From positions 200,701,741-200,765,740 of the forward strand of contig CM041465.1 of NCBI GenBank assembly GCA_023213395.1: 64,000 nt of DNA. Direction: 5' to 3'. The notes below the pieces were generated by a model. The model saw nothing but the letters and a program-made list of their open reading frames with translations, made no database searches and had not been told where the DNA came from. Source of the DNA: Cycas panzhihuaensis. Taxonomy: Eukaryota; Plantae; Cycadophyta. Positions 54,500 through 64,000 of this stretch are shown here, piece after piece. Positions within the stretch are counted from its first letter, which is position 1. Every line of letters starts with the position of its first letter. Made by a program: the position numbers and the translations under genes.

Positions 54500-56410
54500 A
54501 TGAACTAAAGGTCCTAACTCACACCATTATAAAGTTCAACTTTCCCACTACTTCTAACATGAATCCTCTATTGAAAAAATCCTAAAATATTTTTAGAAGA
54601 TTCATCTCAAAATTGATGTTTCTAACAAAGACACTACACATTTTTACTAAGACAATATTTATCTACTATTAGCTCTAGGTAAATATTTCATCACTCTAGT
54701 TAAATAGATTAAAATCAAGCTTAAAATACAAGTTTTTTTGTTATATTCCTCTTACTTCATGGCCTACCCCTAGGCTACATCCTCTACTTAATTTTCAAAA
54801 TGAGGAAACTAATAACCCTAAGAAGAAGATAATTACTAATGGTATAAGAAGATATGGTATCCTAGTTATAATAAGGTTTGTTTGAAGTATTGACAATGTA
54901 TGTGATAAATCAAGAACCTAATGACAGTGAGTTTGGCATCACAAATGACTAGCACTATACTCAAAATACATGCAAAACATGTTTCGTGATGATGGGTAAC
55001 CAACTATTTTAATGACATCTATATCAAGTATTCAACATCTACATATAATTATATTATAGAGATTTATATAAAAAGATAAAGTGGTTATATGGATTGATCT
55101 AAGTAGTACATATAATTTTATTAATACAATACTTACCTTAAAATTGGGCCCTTATTTCATCAAATCCAACACATTTTATAATTTTATTCCTAAATAATGA
55201 TAGATCATATATGATGTTAAGATCCTTTATTATTATGATTTTGGACTAATTAATATATTTTTCTCCATTAGCATTATGGATATTATATTTATTAGAGAAT
55301 AAAATTTAATCTATGGTTAATTCCATGATTATGTAATATTGTCTAGTGGCCACATTGTGGTGGAGTCATTATACTTATTCTCCTAAATTTATAAATATGT
55401 GAGCATCATGAAATGTTATATAAATGCTCACCTAACTTATTATAGAGTCATTTGAAGGCTCATAGGTTGTCATACTTGATCTTATTGGTGGGCACTTAGT
55501 GTAACATCGTTGGTGCTTAATGAAGTGACCTAGGTTTTACCACTATAAATCATGTGTCTCAATATTAATTGTTTGATTCATATTTCATTATTGGTGATTA
55601 CTTTTCCTATTATTAATCAAGTGATATATCAAACTTAATGTTAAATGGTTCCATATTAGTGTGCTTATATTTTGAATGAGGTGTTTGATATTATTACAAT
55701 AATGATATCAAACCCAAAATTTTAATAGCATTAGGCATACAATGACTAAAAGACTTAGGCATATATAGTTTGAGTTATAATGAAAACTTTATACACTTCT
55801 TATAGGATGAAAAACCTCATCAAAATTCAAGAATCACTTCCCTTGATTCCAAGTTATACCTACCAAGAAGTCAAACAAAATTTTTAGCAAAGCATATGTT
55901 GGCTTTATAACACAATTATGCTCTATTGAATCCAATTAAGATGAATAATGTCTTTAACATGGTTAATTACCTAAGATTTGATTTAAACCTCTACTAGATC
56001 ATGTAATGGAATACATTATCAACATCAAACTTAGAAAAGGGTCAAACTTTGTTCATCCATATAGCTATTAGCACAAGTAGTAGTTAGAAATACAAACTCA
56101 AACTTGGTTAAAATAATAAATAAATTATTATAGATTTAAACCTAAAATTATTAAATATAAATAATTAGGTTTATAGTGAAAAAATCCATTGTGCATATCA
56201 TGTCCCTAGCCCTAAGCTAGAGGTTAGTTTGTAATTAGGGCACCTAATATGGAAGAATTTATAATGAAAAATTAGAAAGGAGTATTTGATCAAGTGGAGG
56301 AATAAGTAAATGGAGGATCCAATAAGATAACCTAAATTAAATCTACAACACTCTCTAAATCTTTTAATGCTTTAAGGGAAAAGCATTTCTAAAAAGGGAG
56401 GGGATATTAT
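54500..56410 (+). mobile_element. Second, very decayed chromovirus-like remnant (gag/PR and INT traces)
   Basis: KVVIWIDLSSTYNFIN (~55078, protease-like); terminal TTAAGGGAAAAGCATTTCTAAAAAGGGAGGGGA-TATTATG resembles a pol-end/PPT/LTR junction. Confidence 0.45.
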
Positions 56411-56559
56411 GGATCTTACAACTTCTAGTTATCACTAGCATAATTACTTAATATAATAGATCTAATAATAAATAACATAGGTTAATAATTACCTTAAATT
56501 AAGTTTTAAAAATGAAAGAAATTTGAAAAGGCCATAATCATAAAGATTTATAAAAAGTC

Positions 56560-56670
56560 CCACACACATGCACGCACCACATATATAAATACAGACATGT
56601 GTGTGTGCATGTGTGTGTATGTGTGCATATATGTGTGTATGTATCTGCATGCACACATACACGTGTGTGT
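56560..56670. repeat. Compound (CA)/(TA)/(TG) microsatellite
   Basis: Alternating purine-pyrimidine tract. Confidence 0.85.
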
Positions 56671-57692
56671 ATTTACTTCCTAAATCATTATGAAAATCAA
56701 TTGAAGAATTAATCAAATACATGCCTCTTCTTCGAAAGAAAATATTTGGCTTTGAATGTAGGTCTTCCTTAATTATTTATAATATATTCAACCTATTAAG
56801 GAAATATTTCTTAAATATCTCTATTTCTCTTTAGTTATTTAGGGAAGTGGACATCTAATATTCTATAACAATATTTTAGAAAATAAAGGGCCTACATATA
56901 TATTTATTTCTAGTATCATATAATATTATATATCCTATATACCAAAAATCTAAGAAAGATTATTTATATGGATCTAAGCAATTTATTTTAATTGATGGCA
57001 ATGCATTAATTCCTGTAGAGTCTCTTCAATAAATTCAACATTATATATATTAAAATATGTAGGAGGACATGCCTATTTAGAGAACTAAGGTTCTAATTAG
57101 GAAGGGTGTTCATCTAACTATGGTTCATTTTTACATCAACAAAGAAAACAAGCTAAGATATTGTAAGGTCAAACTAGTGGTACTTAATTACAAGTGGTCA
57201 TTCAATTGGTTCCTATAAAATTAAGTGGCTTCTATACTAAATGTTACCTAGGCTTCACTATTAAATATAACTACATCAAAGTCAAAGGGATAGAGGATCC
57301 ATCACTTATTATGGTTCCTTATAAAGGAATTAAATTTTAGTGGATTTATTGAATAATCCATAATTTTAGTGGCTAGAACCATATTAAAATGTTCTCATAA
57401 AATATTTAAAATCATGTATAACTCATAAATAGTATTATGTATAGTATTTGTGGGAGAAAATTCAAAATTCGTTTGAATTTAACTCATGACCAATAGCTCT
57501 ACACACTAAATTGATGAGACTTAATTTAATTAAATGAGATTCTACAAGTTTAACTTAAGCATAAGCATCGTGGGTTGTAAATTATAGATTGTACTCATAT
57601 GTCTTATGGATGCCAAAGTAGTAGGATATGATATTGTGATGCTCACCTATTAAATACTTCAAGATCTAAGATATCATGTGCTTTGATCAAAA

Positions 57693-60600
57693 TATTAAGT
57701 AAAATAATAGTAATATACAACAAAACAAGTGAAACATATAAGAACAATTTAAATGGACAAAGTACAGATGAATTTGCCACCATGTAGAGCTCTATTTAGG
57801 TAGATCTTCCACATTAATCAAAATGCAATGTCTAATATAATGGTATAGGGCTTAATTTATAGGCAACGTGCTAATATTTTGAGAGATGTAATAGGTCAAC
57901 TAAGTGAAAAATGAGGCAGACATGACCAATTTATATAATAATAGTAAATTACAACAAGGGTTACCTTAACATTACAATATGTATATAGGAAACATACATT
58001 TACATAAATTGAAGTTGATATTATAATGTTTTAACACCCTCCTTTAATAGTAGATTCATTTCTTTAAATGTTGAGGTCATGTAAAAACCATTGAAACTTT
58101 GATTTACCAAGTACTTTGGTGAAGATGTCTACAACTTACTCCTTAGTTGGTCAATAGATGAGGTCAACTTCTCCATTTTTAACATGCTCATGGATGAAGT
58201 GGTAAGGGACCTTAATATGTTTAGTTCTAGTATGGAATATAGGATTCTTTATCATCTTCAACACACTTTAATTATCATAATAAAGGATGGTGGGTGCATG
58301 TTGTTGAAGTCCAAATTCAACGAGAATCCTTTTAAACTAGATCAACTTAGTTGTAGCATGGATACATGTTTTGTATTTTGCTTCAATGGAGGAAAGGGTA
58401 ACATTTGGCTACTTCTTACAACTCCAAAAGATTACAATAGAGTTTATGTTAAAGTAATAACTTAAAGTTGAGTGGTGAGTATCCTTGTAACCTACCTAAT
58501 CAACATCTATATGTCCCTTCAAGATATGGGAATCAGTTTGGTTGTATTCGAGGCCAAACTAATGTGTGCCATAGATATATTTGAAAATCCTAGTAGCTAA
58601 TGAGATTCTTTTAGTTGTGACATATACTTAGAGTAGATTGTTACTAAATATGAGATATCTAAATGAGTGTGGGTGGGATAGACGAGGCTCCTAACTAATT
58701 GACGGTACAAAGTAAGATTAAAAGACTTTCCTTATTCATTCAAGTTTAGCTTATTTCTTATCTCCATAAAAATTGATGCTTTCTTGCATTCTATCATCTT
58801 GAATCTTTCTAAAAACTCTTTGGCATACTTTGTTTGAGTTTGGAAGATGTGTCCTAGTTCTCACCAAACTTTAATTCCAAGGAAGTAGTGGAGCAACCCA
58901 AGATCTATCATCTTAAAATTTCTTTTTAATTCTAATTAAAGCTAAGTAATGCCATCTATGTCATTCCTAGTAATTGCAAGATCATCCATATAGAGAACTA
59001 TGATTGTGATCAAATTATCTCTAACTTAAATGTAGAGGTTTATGTCAAAAGATGAATGATTGAATACATACTAGTTAAGAAAGGTATTAATCTTTGCATA
59101 CCGGGTATATGGTGCTTGCTTGAGTCTATAAAGGGATTTCTGAAGTCTGCATACTAAGTGTTCTTATCCTAGAATGATATAGTTGGGGGGTTGTTTTAAG
59201 AAAATCTCTTCTTTGAGCTCTCCATTAAGGAAAGCACTATTTACATCTATTTGGTAAATAGGCCATCTAAATTGGGCTATTAAAGACATAACTAAACAAA
59301 ATATAGTCATGTTGGATATTGGTGTAAAGGTCTCATCATAATTAATTCCTTATTATTGTTTGAAACCTGTTTCTATAAGGCAAATTTTATAACACTCTAT
59401 AGTGCCATCTATATGGAATTTGGTCTTATATAGACATCTATGATTAATTTCTTTCTTCCCAGGTGGCAATTTAATAAGATCCTAAGTGTTATTTTTTATA
59501 ATAAAATTTATTTCTTTGTCCATAACAGCTTTCCACATTTGGTCTTTAATTACCTCCTCAATATGGAAGGCTTAGGTGTTTCAAGGACATGTACCATTAA
59601 GGCAAAATTTATGGAGTATCTTATTTTAAAAGGGTTTTTTGTAGTAGTGGAAGGAGGAGGAGCATCCTTTAAGAGTTGTTATACCCACTTAGGAGATGGT
59701 TGAATTCTAATGGATTCTACTTTAAGGTCATCAACTAAAATTAGAGGCAAGGTTATGCTTACTTGAGTTGTTGATGTAGATGTTGCTAGAATTGAAGAAG
59801 GATCTAGAGTGTAGGAGGAGGCTAGTACTAGTGGCTCCAAAATTTATCCAAGATTCACTTAAGATATACCAACTTCTTCCATTAATATAATCTAAGGTTG
59901 AGGTAGAGGTAGGTCCTATGAATCTTCTATAAATATTACATCCTATTTGGTATAAGTTTGGTTCCCAACCATGTTAAACACTTTATAGGATTTATATCCA
60001 GGTACATAACTAATGAAGATGCATTTTAGGATCTTATCATCAAGCTTCTTTATGTTGTCCTTTAGAATATATTTATATATCATGCATCCAAAGATCTTTA
60101 AGTGTGTTACTAATGGTTTTTTACTTGATCAAGCTTCTTCAAGAGTAATATTCCTAAACGTAACTATGGGACTTATGTTGGTTAGGTAAGCAACTATGGC
60201 TATGGAATCAGCCTAAAATATGGTGGTAAGATTAGCAGTACTAAGCATGCATTTTTATTTATTTATCAACATCTAATTCATCTTTTCAGCTACACCATTT
60301 TATTGAGGTATGCAAGGAGCTAAGAATTGGCATTAGATGGCATGTTCCTTACAAAAATTATTGAACTAATTTGAGATATACTCATCATCATCATCAAATC
60401 TATTGATCTTGATTATCATTCCACTTTGATTTTCTATAAACACTTTAAATTCTTTGAATTTATTTAGGGCTTAACACTTGTTTCTCAAGAAATATACCCA
60501 TACTTTCTTTGAGAAGTCATCTATGAATGTGATGAAATACTAGCTTCCATTAAGTCATTAGACATACATGGGCCCATAAATGTCTAAGTGGACTAACTCT

Positions 60601-63600
60601 AATGGTTTTAAGGATTTCCATGCATTCTTAGAAAGGAATTTTTCTCTTTTCTACTTTCCCTTTAAGCAAGCCTCATATATATTATTATATCTCTTAATTT
60701 TAGGTAAACCACGTATCATTTAGAGCCTAAACATAAGATTCAAGCCTTGCATATTTAAATAACCTAGTCATTGATTCTATAAGTGGTCTTTGGAGCTATT
60801 TGATATTATAATATCCTTCGAATATTATCATTCACTTAGCTCTTATATGCAAGAGGACTCTTCATTAATTACATCCTTCTCCTTATCAAGTTGGGTTGTG
60901 TTGGCCATTGAGTAGGATTTATTTTATGGAATAATGGCAAGAGGGATACCATCCAACCTTTATAATCCACCATCTTCATGTTTTATGGATATAAGTTTGC
61001 CTGTTACATGATATGTGATTTTATAAATGCCCTAGTTAAAGAGGACATCTAAATTTTGTGTGTCTATTTGGCTAATGGAGAGCAAGTTCATATTCATTTT
61101 AGGTACAAGGAATGCATTGTTGATGTGGTGCTTGATGTTGAAGTCATTTAATGATATTGGTGGCCTACTAATTTTGGTCATATCATAAGTTAAATTATCC
61201 CCAAATATAATAGTTTGAGTACTGATAGGGTGGGTCTCTTCCAACATATTTTCTAATTTAGTCATGTGTCTCATTACACCTGAGTCTAGGAGCCAAGTAT
61301 TCTCATTAATTTAAGATGAAAGTACTACAAAGAATAGGTTATAGGAGGAGGAGTCCTGATTATTTTCCCAATTGCCTCCTTATTGTTGATTATTCTATTG
61401 CTTCCTTTAATTTTTATTAGTGAACCACTGCCTATTCTAAGTTGTTTTACCTTAAGTGGGTCTAGGATTCTAATTCTGTTAGTAGAATTGGCCTTGTGGT
61501 TAGAATGATGGCTCTCCTCATAGGTAGTAAGGGCCTTCTTGCTATTGAATAGGGCCACCTTGTTCATAATAGGGGCCTCCTTATTATGGAAAAGGGGCTC
61601 CTTGTGGAGGGTATGGTCCTCTTCATTAATATCTTTATCTTTATTAAGGGTAACTAAGACCTCTTTATTGATATAAGGGTGCTCCTTGCTAGTAAATTAG
61701 GGCTAGTTATTTATAATAAGGGGTAATTTATTGGAATCTATGCCTATATGATTTGCTCCCTTGATTTTATAAGAGTTAAAAGTCAGTTTATCATCTCCTA
61801 CATTTAATAGCTAGATCTCAAATTTTGCCATAATCGAGGTAGGTAACATTTGGCCTACTCTATTAGTTGTTTTGAGGTTGTGCATATGGTTGGTGCTGAG
61901 ACTATTGAGGAAGCTAACTTGGATAGGAGGAGGAGGTATCAACTAGTTATTTCTACTATTGAGTTGGCTACTAATGTGGCTCTTGAGATATAATAAGAGA
62001 GTCTAAATGTTGAGTTAGATCTTGGTGCTAATTAAGTTATTGAGTTATTCTATTGACAGTCTTACTCTTTTCTAAATTTTGGGTTGCAAAGTCAAATGTG
62101 GATGTTATCCTAAGTTGGTTGAGTATATTCTCCTCTCATAATAAGATCCCCTTAAAGGTTATGAAATCTATTTTAAAATAATTATCATGTAATTTAGAGA
62201 CAAACAAGTCATATTCTATGGGTAAGATGTTTATAATGCTAGAGATAAAATCATGGTCTAAAGGTGGCTCGCCAATGATAATCAATTGGTTCTTAATTAT
62301 TTTAACTTTATTCAAATGGTTGATAACATTTTCAATAAAAGACATTACAAATAGGTGATCTTTGAGGGTTAGAGATCTAGATTAATATTTTCTCTCATAG
62401 AGGGCACAAAGTATGGTCCATGCCCCATGAGATGTTTAAGTAGTTTCAATATTTTAGTCTATTTAGTCTTCAATAGCTAAGTGGGGAAAGGATAAGATAA
62501 TGTTGCCCTTAGCTTTGAAGTTATCTAAGGCTATAAGATTAGCTGGGATTGTTTTGGTAAGATTATTAGGGTCTTTTATTGGCATAGAAAGGGGTATGTC
62601 TCCATTCACATAGGCCCAAAATTCATTTATGATAAGTAAATATTTAAATTATTTCTTCCATGGTATGAAGTTATTGATGCCATTGAATTTAATGGTATTA
62701 GAAAGAAGCATTTGTGATGCTATGTTTCAAAGTTTTTGTCTTATTTTTATATCTTTAAAGGTTATGTAATTAGGTACTAATCTACCTAAGGGGTTACTAA
62801 TCTAGGATTCTAAGGTTTAAGGGTCTCTTAGAAAGTTCTCAATTGCTATCATGTCTAGTGATACTTGCCTACAAGTGCCAAACCAGGGACCTAATATACT
62901 GATATGTGAGCTCAAAGGATCGATATATCTTAGTATATGGGTTATAAAGAAGGTCTAGGACTCCCTTAATTTGTTTTTCTACTTGCATTGGACTTATGCC
63001 CAATGATAGATCTAGTAGTGACAACTTATCTAACCAAGGTACTCACCCCCTTTGGGTCTAGTCTAGTCTCCAAACTCTAATAAGAAAGGGTCTACACGTT
63101 AGTCTTCCATTTAATACACCGAATAATTAATGGTTTCCTCAATAAATTAGAGTACATCAATGGTGTGTGCAGGATGGTAACTTTAGAGGTCCTAACCATT
63201 CTTCTTACAAGGCCAGAAATGGGAGATTCAATTTAGAAATTATCCTTTTAATACGAAAATTTGACTTTATGATGACTTTTTTATAAGCATAAGGTTCCTT
63301 TTAAGAAAAAAAATAAAAACAAAAATAAAAATAAAGTAAATTAAATTACAAAGATGGGTTTAGAGTGATCTTTAATGGGTCAAGCTTAAGAGAGAACTAT
63401 GTTAACCTTCCAAGACCAACACCTACAAAAGAAACAATACTATGCACATGTTAGTCTCAAAAAATAGAATCAGATAGTTGAATAAAGATTACCCATAGCC
63501 TAAAGTAGCACAAGAACTTCAAGGAAACTAAAATAAGCCTTTAAAATTTGAGAAAAAGGCTTAAAATACTCAGATACTAAGGCCAACTTTAGTAGCTTAT

Positions 63601-64000
63601 ATCTTCAATAAATTGGCTCCAAATTTGACTCAATTAGATCTTAAACTATAAAGCTATAAATCTACTTTTTGATGATCTATATGGTTTGCAAATAGGACTT
63701 ACAGTTGCTAAGATATGTTTGAAATAATATAGGTGCCTTTTTATGAAAAAATCCAAATGAAGATACACATAAGCCCCTTCTGAAACTAGCCCTTGGTCAC
63801 CTGTTGACTGCACATGACCATCCATTGATATAACTAGGGGGCTTATAGACTTGAAAATATATCAAATACAGCCTAAACATTTTGAAAGTGTAAAAAGTAT
63901 TTAAAAGAGTTAAGTTTCTTTTGAAATCTGCCCTTTTAACTAAAAACTAGGGTCATATGAGTGATGAAAATGACTAAACAAAGGGGCTAGCCACCAAATT
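57693..64000 (-). mobile_element. Copia F: degenerate Ty1/Copia, 5' end outside the window; putative 3' LTR ~57693-58036
   Basis: ...TTAACA at 58036 followed by CCCTCCTTT (PPT). Minus-strand RH, RT (IYQIDVNSAFLNGEL; LYMDDL), INT, PR (WLLDSGVMRHMT) and gag. The outer LTR boundary is uncertain. Confidence 0.85.
58045..62723 (-). pseudogene. Copia F gag-pol pseudogene
   Basis: gag IKFNGINNFIPWKK..LLIINEFWAYVNG (~62600-62700); ORF pieces 61032-61274 and 62136-62345; many stops. Confidence 0.85.

Overview
Heavily decayed, AT-rich plant nuclear DNA with no intact host gene; it is almost entirely a nest of LTR retrotransposons. An old minus-strand Tat/Ogre-like Ty3/Gypsy element (B: 13247-52152, 3' end outside the window) hosts four insertions. 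(i) A related minus-strand Gypsy (A: <1-13246), which itself carries a 4.07-kb non-autonomous LTR element containing an intronless fragment of a tandem-BRCT host gene. (ii) A 310-bp TRIM. (iii) A complete 22.3-kb plus-strand Gypsy (C: 18498-40762) with an antisense PMD-like ORF, a 49-bp tandem array and a nested full-length Copia (D). (iv) A 7.5-kb minus-strand Copia (E: 41267-48772). The right end holds chromovirus remnants and another minus-strand Copia (F). The standout is in Copia E: an intronless CDKB copy abuts the tRNA-iMet PBS in antisense and is circularly permuted. The codons that should follow its 3' end (LARVIPTLDPNNLDLFT) lie in frame upstream of its ATG, the unit is exactly 825 nt, and both junctions use the same CTTGC(T/C)C microhomology shared with the PBS. 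This looks like a host circular RNA copied once around during second-strand transfer. All homology calls and identities are by eye, with no database searches.
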